Assembly: GCA_963975495.1 (NCBI GenBank)
Contig: CAXBID010000001.1
Coordinates: 1-40,800 of the forward strand
DNA from: an uncultured Flavobacteriaceae bacterium
GTDB lineage: Bacteria; Bacteroidota; Bacteroidia; Flavobacteriales; Flavobacteriaceae
Length of the DNA stretch: 40,800 nt
Direction of reading: 5' to 3'
The notes under the pieces were generated by a model. That model was not told the DNA's origin and made no database searches. It was given only the letters and a program-made list of their open reading frames with translations. The first letter of the stretch is position 1. Every line of letters begins with the position of its first letter. Shown piece by piece: positions 1 to 8,786 of the stretch. Made by a program: the position numbers and the translations under genes.

Positions 1-353
1 GTACTCTAAAAAACAAAGTACAGTTAATTGGCAACGTAGGAAACGAGCCAGAAATTACGAACCTAGACAGCGGAAAAAAAGTCGCTAAATTTTCAATCGC
101 TACCAATGAGTTTTATAAAAACTCGAAAGGAGAGAAAGAACAGGACACCCAATGGCACAATGTCGTGGCTTGGGGAAAGATTGCCGAAATCATAGAAAAA
201 TACGTAGGCAAAGGAAAAGAAGTTGCCTTAGAGGGCAAATTGACATCACGCTCCTATGAAACCAAAGAAGGGGAAAAAAGATATGTTACTGAAGTGGTAG
301 CCAATGAAATCCTGCTTTTGGGCATAAAAGGCGATGATAACGCTAGTGAATAA
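1..353 (+). CDS. ssb: Single-stranded DNA-binding protein, 5'-truncated by the window edge
   Basis: The frame is open from base 3: TLKNKVQLIGNVGNEPEITNLDSGKKVAKFSIATNEFYKNSKGEKEQDTQWHNVVAWGKIAEIIEKYVGKGKEVALEGKLTSRSYE. This is the classic OB-fold SSB pattern. Confidence 0.85.
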   Translation, partial: TLKNKVQLIGNVGNEPEITNLDSGKKVAKFSIATNEFYKNSKGEKEQDTQWHNVVAWGKIAEIIEKYVGKGKEVALEGKLTSRSYETKEGEKRYVTEVVANEILLLGIKGDDNASE

Positions 354-361
354 CTAAAAAT

Positions 362-400
362 AAAAGAGGACGTTCCTCACGAAAGACGCGTCCTCTTTTT
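362..400 (+). terminator. Rho-independent terminator after ssb
   Basis: aaaagaggacg (362-372) is the perfect reverse complement of cgtcctctttt (389-399), and a T-run follows. Confidence 0.7.
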
Positions 401-429
401 CATTATTAACTTCTAAATAGAAAATCACA

Positions 430-810
430 ATGAAGACACAAGTTAACAAAATAAAAGCGGAACTGCAATATTTTATAGGTTCAGAATCCTTTTATAAAAT
501 TCCTTTAATAGGAACTAGATTTACAGATGGGATAAAATATTTGGCAGATGCTGCCGAGTGTTTTTGGTTAGTAACTGATGCTTCAGTTATAGCAAAAAGT
601 TTAATGAGCAAAAGTTATTTTATAACAGTCGATTTTAAACGACTTTCTGAAACGGAACGTGAAGAAAGTCAATGCGAAGCGTTAATAAATTATAGTGATG
701 GAAATGGCAATATCTACGAAACACATAGATACGATGTAACGGATTTTCCATTGGATGAATTGCGGTTGTTTTTTGTAAATGATACGTTGATGCTTCCGAG
801 TGAATATTGA
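430..810 (+). CDS. Conserved hypothetical ICE protein (126 aa)
   Basis: Long ORF directly after ssb with non-low-complexity composition. I cannot name a family with confidence. Confidence 0.5.
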   Translation: MKTQVNKIKAELQYFIGSESFYKIPLIGTRFTDGIKYLADAAECFWLVTDASVIAKSLMSKSYFITVDFKRLSETEREESQCEALINYSDGNGNIYETHRYDVTDFPLDELRLFFVNDTLMLPSEY

Positions 811-1018
811 TTTTTGTATTATGGTATATCTCAATTATACGAACCTCGATAACGAAACCCAAGAAAGATTGGTTTCGGTTTCTAAAAAAGATGTTGAACA
901 GAAATTTGGAAATGATTTGAAACGATACGCAAAAGAGCATCATTTAGAATATGATACGCTTTTGGAAGAAGAAGCCATAAGAAACCTCTATGCTTACGAG
1001 TATGTTTTTAATATTTAA
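800..1018 (+). CDS. Small hypothetical protein (start uncertain; an internal Met lies at about 821)
   Basis: ORF overlaps the previous stop by 11 nt and is same-strand. No recognisable motif. Confidence 0.3.
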   Translation: MNIDFCIMVYLNYTNLDNETQERLVSVSKKDVEQKFGNDLKRYAKEHHLEYDTLLEEEAIRNLYAYEYVFNI

Positions 1019-1434
1019 CCTTTTAACCTCAGGACCTTTAATTTTTTTAAAGGTCTTTTTTATTCAACCCCGGAATGATATCTGACGTTCAAAAACTTGA
1101 TTTCACCAATAATCATAAAATTTGCTTTCAAAACGAACCAATTGGGAACAATCGGGGTTTTCGTTTTCCATAATTAACTTTTAACTTTAAAAGAGCCGTA
1201 ATGCAAAGAAAAGCAACTGATATTTTAATCAGGTTGTTTGAAAATTTTGGTCCCTGCGGGACAAAATATGGAGAAGCAAGAGGGTAACACGCGATGCGAC
1301 GTTACATATTTTGATTTTTAGTGCTATCCCTTGATATAAGAGGGATTGAAGGGGTTTAGTTCAAGGGTGTTTTAACGGCTTTTTACTAAAAAACCGTCGC
1401 AGCCCAGTAAAATCAACAAATTTTTTACTAAAAA

Positions 1435-1983
1435 ATGGACAAAGGGTATGAAAAAGAAAAATTTGAGACCATCAAGATCAAAACTTCGGTGGCCAAACGC
1501 TTTAGGGTTTATTGCAGAACCATTTCTAAATCGCAGTCCATGACCTTGCACCATATGGTAGGCTTTTTTGAAATGAACGGCATATCCCCAGAAGACCATT
1601 TAGGGGATACCATTTCGTCCTTGAAAGGACAGATCATCAAACGGTCCAATGCCGTCATTGCCATTATCAAGAACATTGAAAAGATACACCACAAACCGAC
1701 CACGGCCATCTTGCAGTCCCTCTTTGAGGAAACCGCGTCCATTGAAAAGGAAGCAGCTGAAGTTTTTGATTTTGGAACACCGACGCTCATTACAGAAAAT
1801 GAGGAACTGACCTATTATAAAAACGCTTATTTCAAGACCCAGGAAACCCATAACCAAATGAAACGGGAGACCAGGGAACTGCTCAAAAAGGTCAAATATG
1901 TAAAGAACAATTTTGGCATCGGGCATTATAGATGGAACATCACCAAGGAAGCCCTCGAAGGCTTTAAACAAAAACTAGACTGA
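1435..1983 (+). CDS. BfmA/BtgA-type mobilisation (relaxosome accessory) protein
   Basis: N-terminus FETIKIKTSVAKRFRVYCRTISKSQSMTLHHMVGFFE matches my memory of the BtgA/MobA family. It sits 3 nt upstream of the relaxase-like gene. Confidence 0.6.
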   Translation: MDKGYEKEKFETIKIKTSVAKRFRVYCRTISKSQSMTLHHMVGFFEMNGISPEDHLGDTISSLKGQIIKRSNAVIAIIKNIEKIHHKPTTAILQSLFEETASIEKEAAEVFDFGTPTLITENEELTYYKNAYFKTQETHNQMKRETRELLKKVKYVKNNFGIGHYRWNITKEALEGFKQKLD

Positions 1984-1985
1984 TT

Positions 1986-3020
1986 ATGTACATGACCATA
2001 ACACCACAAAAACTGGGCGATAGCTATGCAGCATCCGTTGCTGATTTTGTAGCCTATTTGGAAAAGGAAAACGAAGGCAAAACCATGGAGGACATAGAAC
2101 CCTTTTTTAACCAACATGGGGACCACATTTACAATAAGGAAGTCATCGATGAGATTGACCACAATACAGCAAAGCTCAAAAAAAATGAACCCAGATTCTA
2201 TTCCATCACCCTCAATCCAAGCCAGTATGAATTGAAACAGTTACAAAACCATTCGGTGGCTTTAAAGCAATACACTAGGGAAGTCATGAAAACCTATGCG
2301 GCATCCTTTAACCGGGAGATCAATGGTAGACCCGTCACAGTCGATGATATAAAATACTTTGCCAAAATTGAGCACGAACGCTGCTACAAGGGAAAGGACA
2401 AGGTCATTCAGGAAAATGCCCCATACCACAAAAAGATAGTGTCCCTGAAAAATGAGATACAGCAAATTAAAAGTGGAAGACAGACAGGGAATATTTCAGA
2501 GAAGCAACTACAGATCAAACAATTGGAAAAAGAAGCGCCCCATAAAATAAATGGGCAGATGATCACGCAGGGCATGGCAAAAGAAGGTTCCCAATCGCAT
2601 ATCCATATCATCGTCAGTAGAAAGGACCAATCCAATCGCTATAGCCTATCTCCAGGGAGTAAATACAAAGCATCGGAAGTAGAACTGAACGGTAAAATCG
2701 TTAAACGAGGATTTGATAGGAATGGTTTCTATAAAAATGCAGAAACCACCTTTGATACCTTATTTGAATACAAGCGCAACTATGTAGAAACCTATCAAGC
2801 AAGAAAGACCTTTGTAAAACAGCCACAACACTACTATGCTACCATAATGGGGCTGCCAACCAATGAAAAGGTTATGGCTTTTAAAATGCTAGGTAAAGCA
2901 GGACTTAATACACCGCTTATGAACATTCCGACCAATAAGGTGCAGCTTGTACTTAAGGCGATCAAACAATTAAAACGTGGCGTGGGCAAAGCCATAGAAT
3001 CAGGTTCGATTGGTATATGA
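1986..3020 (+). CDS. BtgB/MobB-type mobilisation protein, probable relaxase
   Basis: N-terminus MYMTITPQKLGDSYAASVADFVAYLEKENEGK and the histidine motif SHIHIIVSRKD. Its stop shares a 4-nt ATGA overlap with the coupling-protein gene start. Confidence 0.65.
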   Translation: MYMTITPQKLGDSYAASVADFVAYLEKENEGKTMEDIEPFFNQHGDHIYNKEVIDEIDHNTAKLKKNEPRFYSITLNPSQYELKQLQNHSVALKQYTREVMKTYAASFNREINGRPVTVDDIKYFAKIEHERCYKGKDKVIQENAPYHKKIVSLKNEIQQIKSGRQTGNISEKQLQIKQLEKEAPHKINGQMITQGMAKEGSQSHIHIIVSRKDQSNRYSLSPGSKYKASEVELNGKIVKRGFDRNGFYKNAETTFDTLFEYKRNYVETYQARKTFVKQPQHYYATIMGLPTNEKVMAFKMLGKAGLNTPLMNIPTNKVQLVLKAIKQLKRGVGKAIESGSIGI

Positions 3021-4459
3021 TGATGGCTGTGCAACATATGGGCATGTATGTGTTTTTAGCTATGCTCTTGATCGGGATGCTTTTGTATGTGCTATTTGAT
3101 AAAGACCAAAAAGCAATCCACAAAAAGTATCGGGTACATTTTAAATTAAAGTCGGGTAGGTTAAAAATAGATAATATAAAACGAGGTGTGTCCATTATTG
3201 GGTCTGCCGGTAGTGGTAAAACGGAATCTGTGGTTTACAATCTATTGCAGCATTTCAGTAAACATCATTTCTGTGGCATCATCCATGACTATAAGGATTT
3301 TGAACTCACCGAAATAGCCTATCCATTGTTTAGCAAAAATTTGGGTATAAAATTCTATACCATATCATTTGATACCATTTATTTTAAGGTAAATCCCATA
3401 GCACCCAGATACCTGCCCAATGAAGAAAGCGTCAATGAACTATCACGGGTACTCATTGAAAATCTACTGGAACATGGCGAATCCATGAATGCCACCACAC
3501 GGTTTTTTAACGATGCTGTAGAAGGGCTTTTGTCAGGGCTTATCTGGAAGCTAAAAACCGATTATCCCAAGTTTTGCACATTGCCACATCTTATAGCGGT
3601 ATTTCAAAGTATGAATACTTTAAAGCTGGTGGCTTTTTTAAGTTCCAATCTGACTTCGAAAAGTATGGCGAGTGCCTTTATAAACGGCATAGAATCCGAA
3701 AAGCAAACGGCAGGGGTGAAAAGTACCTTGGCCAACGCCTTTAAGAAAATAAGCTCCCAAAAACTATTTATGGTCTTGTCTGATGACGAAGTGCCACTTA
3801 ATATTAATAACGCAGACAATCCCTCAGTCATTTCCATAGTAAATAACCCTAAATACGAATCGGCTTATGCGCCTATCATTGCTACCATCATGCACACAGT
3901 CATCAAACAAATGAGTGTCAGAAACCAGCAAAGTGCTTTTGTTATGATGGAAGAAGCACCAACCATAAAACTGTTGAATATGCACCGCATTCCGGCAACA
4001 CTCAGAAGCTATGATATTGCCACCGTTTATGTGATGCAGGACAAAATACAGAACGATATGCTTTACGGCGACAAGGCCAGTAAGGCCATATTAAGCAACC
4101 TGTCATATCAGTTTTTTGGAAAGGTAAACGACCCCGATACTGCCAAGTATTATGAGCAGTTTTTTGAACTAATAAAGATTCCAACGAAAAGCGTCAGTCG
4201 AAGTAGTGGACTTACTTTGGAAAGCCGAATTACAAAGGGAGAAAAAGAGGTTTCCAAAAGGCGCGCAGGTATATTCTTTAGATTAAAGGAAGGGGAATTT
4301 ATTGCTTTTGCTGATGGGAAGGATCGCAAGGTGCAGTTCAAGTTACAGAAGATAGAAAAGCAAATTCCCGAATTCAAAATGGCTTATTCAGAGAGAGAGT
4401 TAAGTTTAAACTTTATGAAAGTTTATAGAGAGGTTGAGACACTTATTAAAGGAGATTAG
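3017..4459 (+). CDS. Type IV coupling protein (TraG/TraD/MobC family ATPase)
   Basis: N-terminal TM segment, Walker A GSAGSGKTES, and a conserved block FVMMEEAPTIKL. Its position after the relaxase is typical. Confidence 0.8.
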   Translation: MMMAVQHMGMYVFLAMLLIGMLLYVLFDKDQKAIHKKYRVHFKLKSGRLKIDNIKRGVSIIGSAGSGKTESVVYNLLQHFSKHHFCGIIHDYKDFELTEIAYPLFSKNLGIKFYTISFDTIYFKVNPIAPRYLPNEESVNELSRVLIENLLEHGESMNATTRFFNDAVEGLLSGLIWKLKTDYPKFCTLPHLIAVFQSMNTLKLVAFLSSNLTSKSMASAFINGIESEKQTAGVKSTLANAFKKISSQKLFMVLSDDEVPLNINNADNPSVISIVNNPKYESAYAPIIATIMHTVIKQMSVRNQQSAFVMMEEAPTIKLLNMHRIPATLRSYDIATVYVMQDKIQNDMLYGDKASKAILSNLSYQFFGKVNDPDTAKYYEQFFELIKIPTKSVSRSSGLTLESRITKGEKEVSKRRAGIFFRLKEGEFIAFADGKDRKVQFKLQKIEKQIPEFKMAYSERELSLNFMKVYREVETLIKGD

Positions 4460-4490
4460 ATTTAATATCATTAAATAATTAGACACAGAA

Positions 4491-5138
4491 CTAAAGCTTA
4501 TAAGTATTTATGATTTCAACAATATCCTCTTTAATAAATTCCCAGTGTTTACCTAAATAGCAAATAGGTTCGAAATCATTATCAGCTAGTGTGAAATCAA
4601 TAAAGTTTTTTAGTATTAATTTGGGATCATGTGCATAAGGATAACGCTGTTCGTGTAACTGTAGCATTTTTTCAATGCCATATGAATTAAAGAGCTCATG
4701 TAAATCCCAAAAATCTTTTTTTCTACCACCACGTTGAATCACATCCAACTTCATCGCAATTATTTCTTCTATTGTGGCCATTCTTATATTATCTTCTATA
4801 AAAGCAGGATGAATATAGTCATCGGTATAAAAAACATCCAATTTCAAAATGTTTTCTTTAGAATGACCTATAAAATAAGATTTTCCTAAGCCAGGATCTA
4901 TGTTTTTTAGGTGGTCAATATATGCGAAATTTTTATTCAAGTAATCATCAATCTCGTTGAAATTAATAGTACCATAAGGCGCATCACTAAACAAATCAAT
5001 ATCAATAGATTCTCTATGTCCCAGCCTTAAGCTTAAAGCTGTGCCTCCAACTAATCTAAACGGTTTAAATATTTCAGCGTTTATTAGTTTTATTAAACTT
5101 TCTCGAAGCAAATCGTTTACTGTATTGTAATATAACAT
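4491..5138 (-). CDS. AbiEii/AbiGii-family nucleotidyltransferase toxin (215 aa)
   Basis: Motif LVGGTALSLRLGHRESIDIDLF is typical of the type IV TA NTase toxin family. Confidence 0.75.
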   Translation of the reverse strand: MLYYNTVNDLLRESLIKLINAEIFKPFRLVGGTALSLRLGHRESIDIDLFSDAPYGTINFNEIDDYLNKNFAYIDHLKNIDPGLGKSYFIGHSKENILKLDVFYTDDYIHPAFIEDNIRMATIEEIIAMKLDVIQRGGRKKDFWDLHELFNSYGIEKMLQLHEQRYPYAHDPKLILKNFIDFTLADNDFEPICYLGKHWEFIKEDIVEIINTYKL

Positions 5139-5153
5139 GCCGTTATTCTATAA

Positions 5154-5639
5154 TTATATATGTGAAACGGTATATGGTTTACGAGTTGCAGACTGTAAGG
5201 TATTATCAACTTTTTTAGCACCATAAAAGCGACGTATCTCCTTTTTCTCTTCCTCATTACCACGTTCAAAAACGCGTTTAATAACCGCTTTATACAGTTT
5301 GTTCCAATCAATTTTAGAGATGTCGGTGTCCCAAAACAACGATTTTCTTAAAATAGTTAGGTCTGGGGTTCTTAAATGTTGTGATTTTTTTTCTTTATCG
5401 ATGTCGTAATACGTTTGTAAAAGCGCTAGTGTGCCCTCTTCCATATCTAATTTATGCTCAATCTTTAAAGCCATGGCAGTATTAAGATTTCTTTTGCCTT
5501 TAGTAATGGCATTAAGCGTTTGAGGATGTTCGTTTATAGATAATGCAAAAGGACGTTGACGAATCATTCGTTTCTTAAACTCACGTTCCAAAATAAAACC
5601 TGGATGAATGCCTTTGTATTTTTCTATAAACCTATTCAT
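5154..5639 (-). CDS. XRE/HigA-like HTH protein with C-terminal extension, probable antitoxin partner of 4491-5138
   Basis: IHPGFILEREF...LSINEHPQTLNAITKGKRNLNTAMALKIEHKL is a HigA-type HTH. It ends 15 nt upstream of the AbiEii-like gene. Confidence 0.65.
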   Translation of the reverse strand: MNRFIEKYKGIHPGFILEREFKKRMIRQRPFALSINEHPQTLNAITKGKRNLNTAMALKIEHKLDMEEGTLALLQTYYDIDKEKKSQHLRTPDLTILRKSLFWDTDISKIDWNKLYKAVIKRVFERGNEEEKKEIRRFYGAKKVDNTLQSATRKPYTVSHI

Positions 5640-5765
5640 AGTACAAATATAAACATTTTTGTTTACATTTTAAAAGATTAAATTAACAGATTTTTTTTAT
5701 GAGCGTTGGAAAGTAGTGGGAATAGGAAATCAGAACTTGTTTTTAATTTTTTTTAAATTTTCTAT

Positions 5766-5951
5766 TTATTCTTCCCAAATTACTGAAATAATTGTTTGAT
5801 ACTGCTTTGTTGGGATACAATATTCAAAAAAATCCGTATCATCTTCATCATCCTTTAACTCGAACCAGATTGATTTATCTATAGTTTGGGCTTTATCATT
5901 ACCAGTGTAAATATGGTTCGCTTTCTTTTGTATTTCGCCCGGTTTAATCAT
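5766..5951 (-). CDS. Short acidic hypothetical ORF (61 aa)
   Basis: ORF only. It lies in a stretch with fragmented frames downstream of the abiEi-like gene. Confidence 0.2.
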   Translation of the reverse strand: MIKPGEIQKKANHIYTGNDKAQTIDKSIWFELKDDEDDTDFFEYCIPTKQYQTIISVIWEE

Positions 5952-6042
5952 GTGAACATGGCTGATTTAATGGTTTCTATATCTAAATTCTGTTGAATGC
6001 TCCAACGACTATTTCTTTTACCTGTTTTGGGTAATTCAGTAT

Positions 6043-6768
6043 CTAAGACACATAAGAAACGGTCTTGATTTTTTGTAATTCTTGGATGATTTCTGTTTCT
6101 ATTTCAAAAAGTTCTAAAATATACCCCAGTCTTTTTACTACGGCCTGAGAATCAAATTTTATGGTGTATTCTAAAAGCTTATTATAATCTAATTTTTCCT
6201 TTGTGCTGTATATGGCTCTTGCCACCTCTACAATGCCTCCCGCATAATCCGGTTTGAAAAGGCAGTCTATTATGGTCTTTTCAATATCGGAACAGCTTAC
6301 TTTATTGAAATTATCAATCCATGTTTTCTTTTCCCCAAAAAAGTGACTTTCGTTATGGTAGATAAATTGAAAGGTGATGTCTTTAATCTTTATCTCTGAA
6401 GGCCTGATTTGTTTGGCGACCACAATTTGTTCTTTTAATGAAGGTTGTGTTATGAGATTGTGAATTTGTAAAGCCGAGTAATAACCAATGTAATGTTTAG
6501 CCTCTTTAACTAAATATTTTACCAGTAAATGCCAATCAGGCATAAAGGTTTCTGGATTTTCTTCATAAGGAATAATATAGTAAACACCATCTTTTATTCG
6601 CATTAGCAAACCTCTGGAAGTCATATCGCTAAGTAATCGCCTAACGGTATTTTCCTTAGAGTTAGGCAAGACTTTTAAAGCATCTTTATATTCAAAACAA
6701 ACCTTATTCCTGCTATTAAAGTAGGAAAGGATTTCATTAGATTGTGTTGAAGTGTTTTTATGTTTCAT
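6043..6768 (-). CDS. AbiEi-family (type IV TA antitoxin / wHTH regulator)-like protein
   Basis: Taken from Met MKHKNTSTQSN (the longer ORF extends to 6879). Contains the wHTH-like VRRLLSDMTSRGLLMRIKDGVYYIIP and a C-terminal AbiEi-like domain. No intact toxin gene lies directly downstream. Confidence 0.6.
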   Translation of the reverse strand: MKHKNTSTQSNEILSYFNSRNKVCFEYKDALKVLPNSKENTVRRLLSDMTSRGLLMRIKDGVYYIIPYEENPETFMPDWHLLVKYLVKEAKHYIGYYSALQIHNLITQPSLKEQIVVAKQIRPSEIKIKDITFQFIYHNESHFFGEKKTWIDNFNKVSCSDIEKTIIDCLFKPDYAGGIVEVARAIYSTKEKLDYNKLLEYTIKFDSQAVVKRLGYILELFEIETEIIQELQKIKTVSYVS

Positions 6769-7085
6769 AGTCGATATGAGAGAATTAAACTCACTAAAAT
6801 GATACAAAATATAACAATAGATTTTTTGGTTATTTATTAAAATTATTATATGTATGCAATATGTGAGATTTAAATTCACAATAGTGATATAAAACGTAAT
6901 TATTTATTATGCAGTTTAAAAAACATGCCCAGACAACACATGTGGTTTATCAGGAACTTGTAATGTGCAGAAATCTTTGATTTTGCTTGTTTGCTTTTAG
7001 CAAATTATTTGTAGTGATTGAATACAATGGTGAGTATAACAAAATCAAAAAAATATTTTGTGCTATATGAATTCAACTTCTATTC

Positions 7086-7319
7086 TTAATACTCAATCAG
7101 TTTAAAAAATTCTGATAATTTTAGGCCTCTAGCTTCGCAGATTTTGTTTAATGTTTCAACAGGTATTCTATAACCTTTCTTGCTTTTTATCTTTCGAACA
7201 GTACTTTCATCAATATTGTGTTTAATGGCAAAGGAATTTTGAGATTTTCCTTCCTTAAGCCACGGGAATAACCATTCCTTTGTAATGTAGCTGCATATTT
7301 TAACATTAATGCTTGTCAT
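7086..7319 (-). CDS. Small HTH transcriptional regulator
   Basis: SQNSFAIKHNIDESTVRKIKSKKGYRIPVETLNKICEARGLKLSEFFKLIE. It is a paralogue of 7492-7779. Confidence 0.55.
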   Translation of the reverse strand: MTSINVKICSYITKEWLFPWLKEGKSQNSFAIKHNIDESTVRKIKSKKGYRIPVETLNKICEARGLKLSEFFKLIEY

Positions 7320-7491
7320 AATAACAAAGAAAAAGGATGAGAAATAAAGTTCAAAGCCTCAGAAGCTTTAAAGAAGGTACTCTTTTAAATCACTATGTCA
7401 TTAAGTAGCTAATTAAAAGTGATGTTTAATCAGTATCAATAATAAAATCAAATTATTCCTTAGGATGGATTTTAAGGCCTTACTCTATAAA

Positions 7492-7779
7492 TTATTTCAA
7501 AATAAAAGAATCATTTAATTTGTCTCCATATTTACTTTCAACAAGTCTAAAGAAGTCGGATAAACTGATTCCCCTGTTAAAACAAATAATGGATAACGTG
7601 TATAGCGGTAAGTTGTATCCGTTTTTCTCAATAATTTTTTCAATGGTGTTTTTGTGAACACCATATAATTTACCGTATTCTCTCATGGATTTCCCATCAA
7701 TAAGCCACTCCTCACTTATGTACTTGCATACATATTTACTTGTAAGATATATTTTGTGTGTGCTCTTGTCTTTAGGCAT
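7492..7779 (-). CDS. Small HTH transcriptional regulator (paralogue of 7086-7319)
   Basis: SMREYGKLYGVHKNTIEKIIEKNGYNLPLYTLSIICFNRGISLSDFFRLVE. Start placed at internal Met MPKDKSTH; the ORF extends to 7830. Confidence 0.55.
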   Translation of the reverse strand: MPKDKSTHKIYLTSKYVCKYISEEWLIDGKSMREYGKLYGVHKNTIEKIIEKNGYNLPLYTLSIICFNRGISLSDFFRLVESKYGDKLNDSFILK

Positions 7780-7919
7780 AAAACAAAGGAAGCCATAAGC
7801 AAATCGAATTATGGTCACGATAGTGACCAATACAAATATTTATTATATATTTGTAACTGATTACATATATTTGCGATTCTTCGTATAAACAATATTTGAA
7901 GCTATCGCTTAGAGTCTCT

Positions 7920-8023
7920 GAATAGAAAACTGGTAATTTTTGCACAAGAGATGATAAGTAGAATGGCTCACGACCCGGGCGTGGGCTCTCTTATCAGTGC
8001 AAGGTATACCAGTACCCCTATTC
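7920..8023. other. Long imperfect hairpin: candidate structured RNA or leader upstream of the ECF sigma gene
   Basis: Nested complementary pairs: gaatag 7920-7925 / ctattc 8018-8023; actggta 7929-7935 / taccagt 8007-8013; gcac 7942-7945 / gtgc 7997-8000; aagag 7946-7950 / ctctt 7988-7992; ggctcacg 7965-7972 / cgtgggct 7980-7987. Locally G+C-rich. Confidence 0.35.
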
Positions 8024-8188
8024 GGATAAGTTGAGTACTACGCCCTATTGTTTTCTGGGCGCTCGAAAATTTTGGGCTGTTTCACCTGATGTTGGTAAGC
8101 TTACGCCAACAAACTATAACAGTATAGCTTGGTGCTCATGGTTTATTTAGGGAAAATCCAAACCTTTTCCCTTAAAATACTATGGAAT

Positions 8189-8731
8189 ATGTCCAAGGAT
8201 AAATTACATCCTATGAGTATAGAAGGGTATAGGTCGCTTTTTGATACCCTGTACCCACCTTTGTGTTTGTTTGCGAGCAAATATTTAGGGGATATGGACC
8301 TCTCTAAGGATGTTGTTCAAGAGGTATTTATTAAAATTTGGGAAAAGAACCCCAAGTTTAAAAGTCATAATGCCATTAAGGGGTATTTCTATAATGCCGT
8401 AAAAAACCGTTGTCTGGACTATTTGAAAAGCAAACATGTTAAGTTATTAGGCCATGCTACTCCAGAACATTTAGCACAAATACAGAATGAAGATTATTTT
8501 CTTTCCCAAATAACCACCATAGAAACCTACAATCAACTCCATAAGGCCATTGAATCCCTGCCGGAGAAAATGGGCAAGGTCATACAGCTCACCCTTAACA
8601 ACTATAGCACAAAAGATATTGCCGAAGAGTTATCTGTGACTGCCAGTACCGTAAGGACACAAAAGGTTGCTGCAATACAAAAGCTAAAGAGAGCGTTTGG
8701 GGATTTATATCTGCTTATCACCTTTTTTTAA
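8189..8731 (+). CDS. ECF-type RNA polymerase sigma-70 family factor
   Basis: Sigma region 2 (DVVQEVFIKIWEKNPKF ... YFYNAVKNRCLDYLKSK) and region 4 HTH (YSTKDIAEELSVTASTVRTQKVAAIQKLK). Start set at ATG 8189; the ORF is open from TTG 8129. Confidence 0.85.
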   Translation: MSKDKLHPMSIEGYRSLFDTLYPPLCLFASKYLGDMDLSKDVVQEVFIKIWEKNPKFKSHNAIKGYFYNAVKNRCLDYLKSKHVKLLGHATPEHLAQIQNEDYFLSQITTIETYNQLHKAIESLPEKMGKVIQLTLNNYSTKDIAEELSVTASTVRTQKVAAIQKLKRAFGDLYLLITFF

Positions 8732-8786
8732 ATTCTTAATAGACACGATTTCATTTATATCGTCTTAGTGATATAAAAAAACGACC

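Noticed and set aside
1201-1287. 28-codon ORF (MQRKATDILIRLFENFGPCGTKYGEARG) in the mob upstream gap
   Set aside because: It is too short and has no supporting signal. The region is more likely oriT or promoter DNA.
1509-2162. Several minus-strand ORFs (1509-1790, 1600-1971, 1926-2162) over the mob genes
   Set aside because: They overlap the recognisable BtgA/BtgB-type genes on the other strand, and their composition is not protein-like.
5117-5311. 64-aa minus-strand ORF bridging the AbiEii and HTH genes
   Set aside because: It is out of frame with, and overlaps, two well-supported genes.
8091-8110. gttggtaagcttacgccaac as a terminator
   Set aside because: The stem is short, no T-run follows, and it lies just upstream of the sigma gene rather than after a gene. 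It is folded into the structured-element finding instead.
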